Source of the DNA: a virus
Taxonomy: Duplodnaviria > Caudoviricetes
Strand: one strand, 5' to 3'
Length of the DNA stretch: 57,744 nucleotides
Virus record (IMG/VR): IMGVR_UViG_3300025525_000003
Span: 1-57,744 of that record
Below, piece by piece: positions 28,318 through 38,205 of the stretch; the stretch's first letter is position 1; the number at the start of each line of letters is the position of its first letter. Position numbers and translations under genes: made by a program. Below the pieces are notes generated by a model, which did no database searches, was not told the origin of the DNA, and saw only the letters and a program-made list of their open reading frames with translations.

Positions 28318-30331
28318 TGAGCGGTGCTCCAGCAGCCATTGGATTCCCCTGAATCGGAGTCGGCGTCTGATCTGTCATGCCTTGGCCTGGCGCGGCAGCC
28401 ATGGGCTGACCCGGCATCGTCGCCGGTTGCGGTGCCATCGGTGCCGCCGTTCTGACCGGGATGCCTTGGGCGATTTGGATGGCGTTGATGCGCTGCTTGA
28501 TCTCGTCCTTGCGCGGCAGGCTGGAGATGTCCACGGCGATATCCTGAATCAGCGGGGCCGGCAACAAGCCCTTCTCAACCATGTCCATGAGTTCTTCGAA
28601 CTGCGCCGAGAGGAAATTTGCCGACAGCGGCGTCTCGTCTACGCTCACCGTGTAGTTCCCGACCGTTACGTCGTTGTGGATCTGGCCGGTGGCTAAGCGC
28701 AGGTTTATGGTTTCCTGAGTGATTTCTCCGCTGGGGTTGAGGATGCGGAAGCTGCGTTCCTCGCTCATGTGGTTCTGCACCATCTCCAGGTGTTTGCGCC
28801 CGCACATCTTGTTGCTGCGCTTGTTGTTGTCCATGTAGGTCTGAATCGACAGAACGGACTGGCGCTGGCGTGCCTCCAGGGCGCGGCCTGACTGCACGCG
28901 GTCGAGTTGGCCAAGGGCTGAATCGTTGATTCCGGAGATTTCCTTGAGATCGCCCGTTGCCTGTTCCTCCAGACGCTCGAAGGCCATCGGCGGCACGCCG
29001 GGTTCGATGCGGGACGGCTTCAGTCCGGGTTCACCCCGCCACTCGAGGTTGATGCCCGGCATGGCGCCGAATTCCTCGAGTTTCTGCTTCTCTTCCTCGC
29101 GCAGGCTGTCCTGGTGATACATCCAGCCGGCGTGTGCGGTTCGCGTGACGATATCCACGCGGGCGCTGCGACGCTTGTTGATCTCGACCTGCGGATCGAT
29201 CAGGTCATCAACCATGCCCTTGGTCTGGCCGCGGCGGAAATACGGAAAGAATGGAATCAGGGTGAATGTCTCGTAGGGGCTCCAGTTGTCGTAGACCAGC
29301 AGATCGCCAACCATGGTGGTCCAGCGCACGCGGCGCACGGGGCGAGTCACGACGCGAAACGGCGATACCGTGCCTCTTGAGCGGGCCAGTTCATCACACC
29401 AGGCCATGAGCTTTTGCAGCCTTGCGCCATCCCAGCTGTCAGGTATCGGTTCGCGGCGCCCGGATTCAAGATCTACGATGCAGCGCTGCCACGTTCTGAT
29501 GTAGTGCTGGCAGTCGATCAAGCGGATGTTCTTTCTGGCCGGGTCGTAGCAGTTGGCGAGGTAGGACTGGATGGAAGGCCCGCCCCGTTCCTGCCCGCCG
29601 AAGTTACGCCAGGGCGTGATTTCATCTTGAAATTCGGCCATCGAGAACGGAATGCCGCCGGCGTAGCCGCCGCGATGGACAAATCCCCACAGAAACTGTG
29701 AGGCCGACTTTCCGTAGGTGAATTCAACCTCGTCAAGATTGACCCATCGCCCCTCGAAGACGTAATTGCCTTCATTCAGGTCGTACTGATCGGCCTCCGG
29801 GTCCGGGTAGATGGCGAACGGATCTTTCGCCCGCGCCTTGATCTCGCCCAGGTCGTTGCGCTCGAAGTTGAGGCGGTAGTCGTAGTAGCCGCGCCCGGTC
29901 AGGATGCCGTCGAAGAACACTTCGGCGTCTACGTATTCCTTATCGTTTTCGTCGTTGGACTGCTTGACGATGCGGGTAATGGCCTCGGCGACGGTATGAC
30001 TGCCGGAGTTGTCGAAGGACGGCAGGTATTTTGTGTCCATCCTGTTGTTGCGGTGGTAGCCGAGCACCAGGCGCACCAAAGGCGATATCTTGTTGAACGT
30101 CAGCGCCGGCCGATCTTCGCGCTCCAGCTTCTTCAGGGCATCTTCTGACCACTGCTTGCCCTCGAAGAACTCGACGCACTGCTTGGCGCGATTTGCCCAA
30201 TCCTGCATGCCGTCACTGGCGTATTGGAAGCGTTCGGCCATGAGCAAGGTAAGATCGGTATTCACGCCGACCGGAAGGTTTTTGAGCACTTGTCCGTAAT
30301 CGTCCGGCACACCATTGACCTGAATAAGCAT
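28310..30331 (-). CDS. Portal protein (P22-like)
   Basis: F.EGKQW..RPALTFNKI; G.LTGRGY; GMVDDLIDPQ.EINKRRS; SG.AL..RQ; NDVTVGNY.V.VD motifs. Confidence 0.88.
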   Translation of the reverse strand: MLIQVNGVPDDYGQVLKNLPVGVNTDLTLLMAERFQYASDGMQDWANRAKQCVEFFEGKQWSEDALKKLEREDRPALTFNKISPLVRLVLGYHRNNRMDTKYLPSFDNSGSHTVAEAITRIVKQSNDENDKEYVDAEVFFDGILTGRGYYDYRLNFERNDLGEIKARAKDPFAIYPDPEADQYDLNEGNYVFEGRWVNLDEVEFTYGKSASQFLWGFVHRGGYAGGIPFSMAEFQDEITPWRNFGGQERGGPSIQSYLANCYDPARKNIRLIDCQHYIRTWQRCIVDLESGRREPIPDSWDGARLQKLMAWCDELARSRGTVSPFRVVTRPVRRVRWTTMVGDLLVYDNWSPYETFTLIPFFPYFRRGQTKGMVDDLIDPQVEINKRRSARVDIVTRTAHAGWMYHQDSLREEEKQKLEEFGAMPGINLEWRGEPGLKPSRIEPGVPPMAFERLEEQATGDLKEISGINDSALGQLDRVQSGRALEARQRQSVLSIQTYMDNNKRSNKMCGRKHLEMVQNHMSEERSFRILNPSGEITQETINLRLATGQIHNDVTVGNYTVSVDETPLSANFLSAQFEELMDMVEKGLLPAPLIQDIAVDISSLPRKDEIKQRINAIQIAQGIPVRTAAPMAPQPATMPGQPMAAAPGQGMTDQTPTPIQGNPMAAGAPLNG

Positions 30332-30334
30332 TCT

Positions 30335-30490
30335 CTAAACCTCGTAGCGGTCGTTTTCCCCGGTATCGGCAACCGGGGTTCGTACAGGGTGCATGACGAT
30401 CAAGCCGCGCACGGGAAGCCGGCCGGCAATAACGGGCGGCAGTACACCACCGGCGCCGTCACTCCACCACCAGAGAATCAGATGGAACAT
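30335..30490 (-). CDS. Small hypothetical protein (51 aa, MFHLILWWWS...), not in the ORF track
   Basis: ATG 30490 to TAG 30335 fills the gap between 30478-30723 and the portal. Confidence 0.4.
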   Translation of the reverse strand: MFHLILWWWSDGAGGVLPPVIAGRLPVRGLIVMHPVRTPVADTGENDRYEV

Positions 30491-30723
30491 TTGGCGATCT
30501 CGATGGCCAGGGCCACGGCCGGCTTTCCGGCGTCCGGGAAGGTCTTGCGCAGTCTGGCGTAGGCCTGATGGCGCTTGAATTCGCCATTGGTGCCTCTACA
30601 GGTCGATTCGATTTCGGCAATGACTGCGGCGGCGCGCGCCATCAGCTCTGGCGAGACGGCTGGCAAAGCCCCCATGTGCATGGCCAGGCGCAGGAACAGA
30701 CGGCCAATCTTCTGCTTGATCAT
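30478..30723 (-). CDS. Hypothetical phage protein
   Basis: 81 aa, ATGA-coupled to the upstream gene. Confidence 0.55.
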   Translation of the reverse strand: MIKQKIGRLFLRLAMHMGALPAVSPELMARAAAVIAEIESTCRGTNGEFKRHQAYARLRKTFPDAGKPAVALAIEIAKCSI

Positions 30724-31775
30724 GTCGGATCAACCTCCGTAATCGGGTCACGCGCGCCAGTCGTCACAGGCGCTTGCCAGGCCAAGGTAGCATCGTCTTC
30801 TTGGTAGACCTGCAGGTTTCCGCCGCTGATTCGCACCCGGTTTCGCAGGGCGCGCAGGGCATCCCGGACAAGACGGCCTGAGTTGCTGCCGCCAGCGATC
30901 GCTCTGGCCAAGATGGCGTCGGCAATCTTCTCGGCGGCGGCGGCTGACAGTTCTGTGGCACCGACCGCATCTGCGGCAAGCGCTGCTGAATCTATGGATC
31001 CAGCTGCAAAACTTGTCGATGAAATTCCACCAGCAGCAATAGACACCCCGTCTGCCAACAATTTGGCCCATACGGCGTCGGCCAGTGCATTCAGATCGAC
31101 GCCGCCGGTGCTCGCCGTGGAAAGCGCCTGCGCTGCATTCCCCGTGTCGGCGTAGTTGGCAAGAATGGCTGTCCATACCGCGTCGCGCAGCCCTTCGGGG
31201 GTGAGTTCGCCATATCCGACGATGGAAGCACCGATATCCATCAGCGCAGTGTTCCCGGCATTCACCGCACCCTCGCCAGCGATGGACGCCGCCAGATCGG
31301 CCAACCCTTGCGCGGTAGCTGCGACGCTCCCTGCGCCCGTCAGGTTCGCCGCCATCGTCGCCAGGGCTTCTATCGTGGCGGACGATACCGTACCGCTTCC
31401 GGCAATGGCCGCAGCAATCGAGACAATCAGGCCGATCTGGCACGGCGGGATGTCCCCGGAGCCGGAAATGGACGCCTCGATGTTGTAGCCGGACTGCCCA
31501 TCAGAAGCTGTAGCACCCGTACCGGTGATGGTATTGCGTGCCGATAGCAGGCCGGGTTTCTGCGGCATCACCCATGCGGCTGGATGACGATAGCCCGAAG
31601 GAATGCCGACCAGCGGATTATCAACGCCCTCCCCCGCCGCGAAATTCCTCTGCGCCCCCGTACGCTTCCAGTTCGCCGCCAGCGTGCCAGGTAATGCCCC
31701 GTTGGAGAGCGTCGGCCCTCCAGTAAATCCGGCCAGTCCGTAGCTGTCGCGGTAGCCGTTGTTGAGCAGCGCCAT
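30720..31775 (-). CDS. Ala/Gly-rich putative virion protein
   Basis: Start reassigned to MALLNNG (TGATG overlap at 31775); repeated A.AVW motifs. Confidence 0.6.
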   Translation of the reverse strand: MALLNNGYRDSYGLAGFTGGPTLSNGALPGTLAANWKRTGAQRNFAAGEGVDNPLVGIPSGYRHPAAWVMPQKPGLLSARNTITGTGATASDGQSGYNIEASISGSGDIPPCQIGLIVSIAAAIAGSGTVSSATIEALATMAANLTGAGSVAATAQGLADLAASIAGEGAVNAGNTALMDIGASIVGYGELTPEGLRDAVWTAILANYADTGNAAQALSTASTGGVDLNALADAVWAKLLADGVSIAAGGISSTSFAAGSIDSAALAADAVGATELSAAAAEKIADAILARAIAGGSNSGRLVRDALRALRNRVRISGGNLQVYQEDDATLAWQAPVTTGARDPITEVDPT

Positions 31776-31927
31776 CAGAGCGCCTCGGCGGCTTCCGGGA
31801 ACCCGGCATCGATCAGTTTTTGCCGGTCGATCTCCTTCTGCTTCTCCATCACCAGCACGGCGAGGCGGTAGCTGTCGCCCTTCCATTGGGCGAAGTCGGA
31901 AACGAGTTCAAGGATTTCGCGTTCCAT
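31775..31927 (-). CDS. Small hypothetical protein (50 aa, MEREILELVSDF...)
   Basis: TGATG overlaps at both ends; C-terminal part of the 31775-32905 ORF-track frame. Confidence 0.55.
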   Translation of the reverse strand: MEREILELVSDFAQWKGDSYRLAVLVMEKQKEIDRQKLIDAGFPEAAEAL

Positions 31928-32826
31928 CAGCCGCCCCACGCATAGTCGAAGTTCACAAACGCCGTCGAGCCGCTCGGCGTGGCCGCCGTATGAAAGCAGA
32001 TGAAGCGGATGTTCGCGCCGTCTGGAATCTTGCGCAGCGACGGCAGGGCATTGACGAAATCCAGCATGGTATGAATGCCGTTGGCAGGCACCGGGATGGT
32101 AAAGAGCGGCTTGACCAGATGAATCACCGCAGAACCGGAAGCGTGCGCCGTGCCGGACCATGTGAGGGTTTCGATGTCGCTGATGCCGGTGTCCCCGGCG
32201 GCGAGGCCAAGGAACGGATTGAACTTGTTGGCCGCAGCGCCGGAGTTGAGAATCAGGCCAGTAGCGCCTGAAGCCGTCGAGGTAAAGGCAATCGTTGCCC
32301 TGCCGGTTGTGCCAAGTGAGTTTGTATAGTTGACGATGCAGGTCGGCGCGTTCGCACCCATCGCACCGTTGGCGGAGACATACATTCTCAAGCCTTCGCC
32401 GTTCGGGTAGCGATCCACCTTGGCCGTCGTATTGCTGATCGGCGTCATGGTGATCGTCTTGGCCCCTGTGGTCGATACGTCCGTACCGGACAGCGGCACG
32501 TAGCCGACCATATCCACGGCCATGAGGCACCACGGCGCACCCGTGGCGTTGTACAGCGATCCACCTGCGGAAAGGAAGTGCTTGGTCGCAGGACTCTTGT
32601 CGCCGCCGGTGTAAATCGTGCCTTCTGACCAAGTGTCGTCCGTCGCTACAAAGGTGCGGGAAGCTCCGGCGTAGGTCGAGGCCGGAATACTGCCGCCCGA
32701 CACGCCGAAGTCCGTCCACGCGCCAGCGACGGCAGCGGCGGCCAGCGTTTTTTGATACACAACGGTATCCGTCTTGCCGTTGGTCGTGATCTGGTTGATT
32801 AGATCGTCTTGCGAAGTGAATCCCAT
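31927..32826 (-). CDS. Putative virion structural protein (paralog of 32836-33750)
   Basis: GAGG SD; RY..G.G.RM, Y.N..G, PF..LA.GD.G, LV.PL and I.DGA motifs shared with neighbour. Confidence 0.65.
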   Translation of the reverse strand: MGFTSQDDLINQITTNGKTDTVVYQKTLAAAAVAGAWTDFGVSGGSIPASTYAGASRTFVATDDTWSEGTIYTGGDKSPATKHFLSAGGSLYNATGAPWCLMAVDMVGYVPLSGTDVSTTGAKTITMTPISNTTAKVDRYPNGEGLRMYVSANGAMGANAPTCIVNYTNSLGTTGRATIAFTSTASGATGLILNSGAAANKFNPFLGLAAGDTGISDIETLTWSGTAHASGSAVIHLVKPLFTIPVPANGIHTMLDFVNALPSLRKIPDGANIRFICFHTAATPSGSTAFVNFDYAWGG

Positions 32827-32835
32827 TGTGTCCTC

Positions 32836-33750
32836 TCAGTTCCAGACGGTTTCGATGAATGCGATGAAGCGGCTGCCGGTCTGCCCACTGACCGAGTTTG
32901 GGCATTTGGATATCACCCCAAGAAACGCGCCGTCCTCAATATGAATGTTGGCGTAGTTGTGAATCAGGTTTTGATATTCGATTGGGGAACCAAACGAATC
33001 CAGGTTGCCGGTCGTGGTGCGGCGGCATTCCTGCGGCGCGTAGCCGAAGAACAAAGGCTGCACCAGCACAATCGCCGCCAGCCCGCCCCAATCTGCGGAC
33101 AACTGAACGGAAGTCACCGCCCGCACGCCGCTGTCACCAGGGGCGAGCGGGACGAATGGGTGTAAGTTTGATGCGTTCGCCGCGCCAAAGTTGGGGGCTA
33201 CACACCCTGACGCGGCATACGCCGCCCACATCAAATTCAACGAGACAGTCTTTTCAGCGCCGTCCTGGTTGATGTACTTGATGGTGATAACGGAGGTCGC
33301 GTAGTTGCCGTTCGACGCCTGTAGCACAAGCATCATGCGTACCCCGCGCCCGCTGGTGTAGCGCGGCAGGGTTATGGTGTTGTCCATAACTTGTTCATCG
33401 GTGGACACCAGGTCGATGAACGGGTAATACATCAGGTAGTCGCAGAGGATGAACGACTGGTTCTGGTTTGCTGTGCCGGTCGCGCCGTTCGCCGGAAGCA
33501 TAACGCGCAGGTTGTGCAGCCATTGCTTTTTCGGCGCAACACTCGGCACCGGGACGCGTTGGGAGGCAATAGTCGCGGCAGTCAGCGGGGCAGAAGCAAA
33601 ATAGTTCGGCTGCGGATAACCCGCGCCACCCGACCAATCAACCCATCCACCCTGACTGGACGCAGACGCACCCGCCTTGTTCATCATGCCAAACCAGTTC
33701 TGCCCGCCCTCTGCGGCGGCGGCATACTCGCCGACGTTGACAAAGCTCAC
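32836..33750 (-). CDS. Putative virion structural protein (paralog of 31927-32826)
   Basis: TLPRYTSGRGVRM, YINQDG, PFVPLAPGDSGV, LVQPL, IEDGA. Confidence 0.65.
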   Translation of the reverse strand: MSFVNVGEYAAAAEGGQNWFGMMNKAGASASSQGGWVDWSGGAGYPQPNYFASAPLTAATIASQRVPVPSVAPKKQWLHNLRVMLPANGATGTANQNQSFILCDYLMYYPFIDLVSTDEQVMDNTITLPRYTSGRGVRMMLVLQASNGNYATSVITIKYINQDGAEKTVSLNLMWAAYAASGCVAPNFGAANASNLHPFVPLAPGDSGVRAVTSVQLSADWGGLAAIVLVQPLFFGYAPQECRRTTTGNLDSFGSPIEYQNLIHNYANIHIEDGAFLGVISKCPNSVSGQTGSRFIAFIETVWN

Positions 33751-33784
33751 GCCTTCACCCCGCCTTTACCAGACAGGCACGCGC

Positions 33785-34015
33785 TCAGACACACCGTCCG
33801 GTTGCCCATGTCAGGAACTTGCGGATGTACCAGTCCACCCTCAGCCGGTACGGCACTCCGTTCATCGTCCCGTCGCCCGTCAGCAGGCTTTTCCTCGGCG
33901 CGTTTATCGTTGCTGTCGTGTGCTTGCATGTCCGTTTCACCTTGTCCTTTCTGACCTTCACCTTCGCGCCACACTCGGCGCAGCTATAGAGGTAGGGGTA
34001 TTGTGGGAGGATCAT
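33785..34015 (-). CDS. Small Cys-containing protein (CxxC...C.H), 76 aa
   Basis: ATGA overlap at 34012-34015; YSCAECG...RTCKH. Confidence 0.5.
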   Translation of the reverse strand: MILPQYPYLYSCAECGAKVKVRKDKVKRTCKHTTATINAPRKSLLTGDGTMNGVPYRLRVDWYIRKFLTWATGRCV

Positions 34016-34452
34016 GTCTCGGTGATCACAAGCGCATTGGCAAGGAATTGCGGCGTGATGGAAGCGTTTGCACCAATGGTGATCGGGCTGTTCAGCGCGC
34101 CGTAGTGCCACACCGCCGTGGCCCCGGAAACCGTTGTGCCGGTACTCACCGTATGCAGTGTTGCGCCCGTTGCGCCGGACTGCGGGAATTGCAGCAGGGC
34201 CGAGTTGGATGTAGACCCGCCAGAACCAGCCACCCATCCGGTAGAACGGGCCACCGCTTGGCGAGCATAGTTTGTGTAGGCAACCTCGTTCTCGGCCTGC
34301 GAGTTGGTCGCCGCCGTGAGCGTGGCTGTATGCAGGGCCACATATACGTTGGTGAGCGGGGAAGCGGCCGCGTTATCCGCGACGTTCGCCCAGGCCGCAG
34401 CGCGGTACATGAGGTTCAGAATCTTGTTACATGCGTCGGTTGATTTAGGCAT
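34012..34452 (-). CDS. Tail-fibre-associated structural protein
   Basis: Start MPKSTD after AGGAGG SD; VYVALHTA...NEVAYTNYARQAV.R...W...FP pattern common in phage structural genes. Confidence 0.65.
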   Translation of the reverse strand: MPKSTDACNKILNLMYRAAAWANVADNAAASPLTNVYVALHTATLTAATNSQAENEVAYTNYARQAVARSTGWVAGSGGSTSNSALLQFPQSGATGATLHTVSTGTTVSGATAVWHYGALNSPITIGANASITPQFLANALVITET

Positions 34453-34490
34453 CTGGTCCTTCCTCCTTTCGTTAGACTTCAATGTGTTTC

Positions 34491-34787
34491 TCAGTGCACA
34501 CCCAGCCTTAAATAGATCGCGCCCATCGTGTAATCAGCCGTCTTGCAGCCCATGCGGATCTCACATCCTTCATCTGTGACGTAGGACTTCTCGGCATTGG
34601 CGTCTGTCCAGGCATCCACGTCGCGCCAATTCACGCCATCCAGGCGCCGCTGCAGGGTGACAGTGCCGGCCGCGCCGCTGGCGAATGTCACCGAGAGGCT
34701 GCCGACATCGCCTGGCGAGACATGCAGGGCTTCCGTCCATTCGTTCGGGCCGGTGATCGTGGCCGTGACTGAGCGCCGTATACCCAT
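34491..34787 (-). CDS. Small beta-rich hypothetical protein
   Basis: 98 aa directly after terL; GTVTLQR.LDG.NW.DV. Confidence 0.55.
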   Translation of the reverse strand: MGIRRSVTATITGPNEWTEALHVSPGDVGSLSVTFASGAAGTVTLQRRLDGVNWRDVDAWTDANAEKSYVTDEGCEIRMGCKTADYTMGAIYLRLGVH

Positions 34788-36353
34788 TCATCTTCCCTGC
34801 CAGCCGCCGCTGCGCTTGGCCTGGAGCTTCTTCGCCCATTCAGGCCGGGCATTGAATTCGATCACGTCGGCCACGCTCTCGGCGAACGTCAGGCCGAGGG
34901 CATCGGCAATGTCCGGGGAGAACAGCAAGCGCTTCTTGATGGATTCCTTGGGCTCGAGGACCAGCCTCGAGTTGGCGTCGTAGCGGTAGCTTGTGGCGGC
35001 CAAGTGGCGCTGCCATTCGTCGGCATCCGGGATCTGCGCGCCGCCGGCATCTGTCAGCCACTCCTTCATGCGGCCGTACATCTCGGCACGCTTGTTGAGG
35101 TATTTGTCGGGCTCGGTCGCCGCACTGCCGAAATTGATGGCGCGCACGCGGTTATCGAATCCCATCTGGCACAGACGGTCATAGACGCCGGCTCCCAGGC
35201 CGGTAATGTCGATGAATGCCATCTTGGCCTGGCTTTCACGGATGGCCAGTGCGACGGCATCCGCCACGACCATGAGATCGTTTGAATCGATGACTTGGTT
35301 GCGACGCCCACCGGCAATGCGACCCTGCCGGCTGATGATGCGCGTAATGTCGCCACCGCCTCGCGCCACGTCGACGCCGAGCGCAACCGGCTGATGGTCC
35401 TGGTCTGGGGCCTTGAACTTGCGCGCCGCCATGATTGCCGAGGTTGGGATGTAAGAGTCGGCTCCGGATGTCTGGAAGGCGAGCTCCGGAGTTGCCGGAT
35501 ACTCTTGGTGGAAGCGCCAGCAGAGTTTGCCGGGCTCACCGCCGAGCTCGATGTTCTTGTCGTGCATCCACTGAACCTGTTCAGGCGACAGGCCATGGGT
35601 TTCGGCGTACTCGATCTCCTCATTGCTGGGCGTAAAGTCCGGCCGCAGCGGCTTCTGGTAGTCCTTGGCCCAATACCACGGGATGAAAATGGCGATGAAC
35701 GGGCTGCGCCCCTGCTCTGCCTGGATCCATTGCTCATAAAAGAAACCACCGACGCCATTGGCCGTACTCTCGTAGATGATCTCGGTGTCCGACAGATCCG
35801 GCACGGCCTGGACGATGCCGGCGGCGTGGTCATGGGCATTCGGCCAGAAGGCGACCTCGGAGCCATGGAAGTTCTGGATGGTGTCGCCGCGGCCGCGCGC
35901 CTTGGTCTTGGCCGTGCCAACCCGGTAGCCGGAATCCAGCTTTCCGAAGTCCAGTTCATTGGCGTTGTCGGCCGTGGCCACCGGCCGGTAGTCCCGCGCC
36001 ATGTTTTCGTGTATCCGCGAAACCATGTCGAACAGGTTCTGGGTGGCGGCATCTTCGTGAGTCAGGATGAAGGTGCGCTGCCCCATCCATAGCGTCGTCT
36101 TGTGGTAGAACCTGGCGCCGATATAGGTAGAGATACCGCGTTGCCGGGCCTTCAGCACCAGGGCTCGCACACGGCCCGTCGCCCGCTTTTGCTCCTCGAT
36201 CTGGCGATGTACGTAAGCCTGCTCGCGGTTCCAATAGAAAGGCTTGATCCGGCCGTCTTTGGTCTTGATTTTGATCAGGTTGGCGCAGTACATATCCAGA
36301 CGCTGCCGCATCAAGGCATCGGATTCGGCAAAGAGCCTTTCACTCTTTCCCAT
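34788..36353 (-). CDS. terL: Terminase large subunit
   Basis: Walker A-like LKARQRGIST, Walker B FHGSE, ESTANG, nuclease GVDVARGGGD and SPDIADAL. Confidence 0.92.
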   Translation of the reverse strand: MGKSERLFAESDALMRQRLDMYCANLIKIKTKDGRIKPFYWNREQAYVHRQIEEQKRATGRVRALVLKARQRGISTYIGARFYHKTTLWMGQRTFILTHEDAATQNLFDMVSRIHENMARDYRPVATADNANELDFGKLDSGYRVGTAKTKARGRGDTIQNFHGSEVAFWPNAHDHAAGIVQAVPDLSDTEIIYESTANGVGGFFYEQWIQAEQGRSPFIAIFIPWYWAKDYQKPLRPDFTPSNEEIEYAETHGLSPEQVQWMHDKNIELGGEPGKLCWRFHQEYPATPELAFQTSGADSYIPTSAIMAARKFKAPDQDHQPVALGVDVARGGGDITRIISRQGRIAGGRRNQVIDSNDLMVVADAVALAIRESQAKMAFIDITGLGAGVYDRLCQMGFDNRVRAINFGSAATEPDKYLNKRAEMYGRMKEWLTDAGGAQIPDADEWQRHLAATSYRYDANSRLVLEPKESIKKRLLFSPDIADALGLTFAESVADVIEFNARPEWAKKLQAKRSGGWQGR

Positions 36354-37026
36354 TAACCAGCCTCAAATGCGGAACATCAGGAATTTCAGGCGGATTCTGG
36401 GAGTAAGTACGGACGCGCTCCTCCACCGGCTTGTCGTCATTGCCACCCTCCCGGGAGTCAATACCAAAGGCTTCGCGCTCCAAGGTAATCAGCGTCTTGA
36501 GTGTGGTAGCCAGTTTCTCCATTGACCCCACCCGGCTTGGCAGGCTGATAGCCTTCATCATGGCTTGATAGCGCTGAGTACTCCTGTCGTCGGCCGTGAT
36601 GAGTTCGGCCAGCTGCTCGAGAAATTCGGCGCCATCGGTGCCGAGCTCAAGTTCCTCGGCCAATTTGTTACAGATGACCCGATAGCGCTGGATGTCCGTC
36701 CGATGGCTCAACCTGACCTGCACCTGGATGGCTGCATTGGCCTCGACAACCTCCTTTTCGGTTGCCAAGGCAATTTCTTTGGCAACCGCCTTCTTGGCAA
36801 CTTCCGTATCGGCCTTTTTCCGGATGCGTTCGGCCAAGTCCCTTGTCCAACCCTCCTTCTTGGCGCGCCTCTGGATTGCCGTATGGGACACCATCTGTTC
36901 CGAGCCGATCTGGCGATCAGTCTTGATGCCAGCGCAGTAATCTTTCCTAACGGCTTCCCAGTCGACCTTCCCGCGCCCGGATGGCTTCCTGGTCTTTGCC
37001 GAAGGCTTTGCGATAGCCTCAACCAT
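36340..37026 (-). CDS. terS: Terminase small subunit
   Basis: DWEAVRKDY.AG..T.RQI....VSHTAIQRRAKKEGW.R HTH and LEREAFGI; overlaps the terL start. Confidence 0.8.
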   Translation of the reverse strand: MVEAIAKPSAKTRKPSGRGKVDWEAVRKDYCAGIKTDRQIGSEQMVSHTAIQRRAKKEGWTRDLAERIRKKADTEVAKKAVAKEIALATEKEVVEANAAIQVQVRLSHRTDIQRYRVICNKLAEELELGTDGAEFLEQLAELITADDRSTQRYQAMMKAISLPSRVGSMEKLATTLKTLITLEREAFGIDSREGGNDDKPVEERVRTYSQNPPEIPDVPHLRLVNGKE

Positions 37027-37232
37027 CAGTGCAGTCTCTCGAATTGGCGAGGGGCTTCCTCAGCCGGCATGGAGTCGCGGACACCACAGGACGGGCATTC
37101 GAGGATGTTGTCCGGCGTGCCGAGCGATCGCATGGAGACCCATTCACGTCCGCAGGCAGCGCAGGCCATGTCCTCGACCGTCCAGATATCGCGCTCGTCT
37201 CGCAGGATGGGGATGCCGGCCACAGCACTCAT
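37026..37232 (-). CDS. Small zinc-ribbon protein
   Basis: CAACG...CPSCG; coupled to both neighbours. Confidence 0.6.
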   Translation of the reverse strand: MSAVAGIPILRDERDIWTVEDMACAACGREWVSMRSLGTPDNILECPSCGVRDSMPAEEAPRQFERLH

Positions 37233-37642
37233 TTGAACGACCGCTCTGTAACGCCTGGCTGCTGTATCGTCGCGCTCGGCACACGGATATTGACGTTCTG
37301 ATCACCGCCCGACTTGAGATAGGCACCAACTAGGCCAAGGCCCACCAGCGCGACAATGGCCAATATCCCGCCGATCACCCACCGCCTGGTTTCCAGCAAG
37401 GCCGGCATGTCGATTTCCAAGGTACGGATGCGGGTTTCATGGGCATCATGTCCTGCCTCGGTTTTTTTGATGGCCTCGAAGGCGCGCTCCAGCCCATCCC
37501 GCGTTTCGGCATGCCGTTGCTCGAGCATGGCCAATTGAGCCGTGTTCTCGCCGATCTTCTCGACGGCATCGGCGATTCGCTCGACGGCGCGCTCGACAGC
37601 TGAAACCCGGTGATGCAACACCTGGACGTCTGGATCACTCAT
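37229..37642 (-). CDS. Coiled-coil protein with C-terminal transmembrane helix
   Basis: Heptad-rich N-part, hydrophobic WVIGGILAIVALVGLGLVG; follows the spanins. Confidence 0.65.
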   Translation of the reverse strand: MSDPDVQVLHHRVSAVERAVERIADAVEKIGENTAQLAMLEQRHAETRDGLERAFEAIKKTEAGHDAHETRIRTLEIDMPALLETRRWVIGGILAIVALVGLGLVGAYLKSGGDQNVNIRVPSATIQQPGVTERSFK

Positions 37643-38205
37643 TTAGCTGCGGCTCCTATCTCTTTCAGGTAACTCTGTGCTGCCCGGAGTCGCGCTCGAT
37701 CGGCGTTGCAGGCTTCGGCGTTGTCGAGGGCGTTGGCGATGAGGGTGGTCGGGGTAACAGGATCGGCTCCGACGGGGGCACCATCAGGTCGGCAGGCACC
37801 GGCGGTCGCGGACAGACCGACACACAGCCCTGCATTCCAATGCTCGACGTAATCAGCGCCAAAGCGCACAGCGCTCGGAATGACCAGCTTGAACCCGCCA
37901 CCGGCGGGGCATTCAACGGCAACGGTTCCATGGTTCCTCCATTTCTCGACCTCGGCACGCAGCCGGCGGGTGTCGGCTTGGCGTTTGGCGGTTTCCTCGG
38001 CCAGGGCTTTGCCCAAGCCTTGCGCGATGTCGGTCAGGCGGGCGTATTCGGCCTGCTCGGCCTTGACCCGGACGGCTTCCTTGGCCTGGTAGTGGTTCTG
38101 CACCAGTTTGCCGCCAGCGAAGGCACCGGCAATGAACACAAGCAGGGCGGCCAGCGCCCAGGCGGCGATCCGCTGTCCCGCGGTCAGGGAGGGTGGCGCG
38201 ATCAT
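37639..38205 (-). CDS. i-spanin (Rz-like)
   Basis: N-terminal TM helix, coiled coil, C-terminal Cys; downstream of the endolysin. Confidence 0.7.
   Translation of the reverse strand: MIAPPSLTAGQRIAAWALAALLVFIAGAFAGGKLVQNHYQAKEAVRVKAEQAEYARLTDIAQGLGKALAEETAKRQADTRRLRAEVEKWRNHGTVAVECPAGGGFKLVIPSAVRFGADYVEHWNAGLCVGLSATAGACRPDGAPVGADPVTPTTLIANALDNAEACNADRARLRAAQSYLKEIGAAAK
37665..37931 (-). CDS. o-spanin (Rz1-like lipoprotein) embedded in Rz in another frame
   Basis: Hydrophobic RALCALALITSSIGMQG-C lipobox-like signal, then Pro-rich CPRPPVPADLMVPP; exact start uncertain. Confidence 0.6.
   Translation of the reverse strand: MEPLPLNAPPVAGSSWSFRALCALALITSSIGMQGCVSVCPRPPVPADLMVPPSEPILLPRPPSSPTPSTTPKPATPIERDSGQHRVT

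Noticed and set aside
31928-32905. Upstream part of the 376-aa ORF 31775-32905
   Set aside because: Overlaps the 299-aa gene in another frame; only the last 50 codons from ATG 31927 look like a real gene
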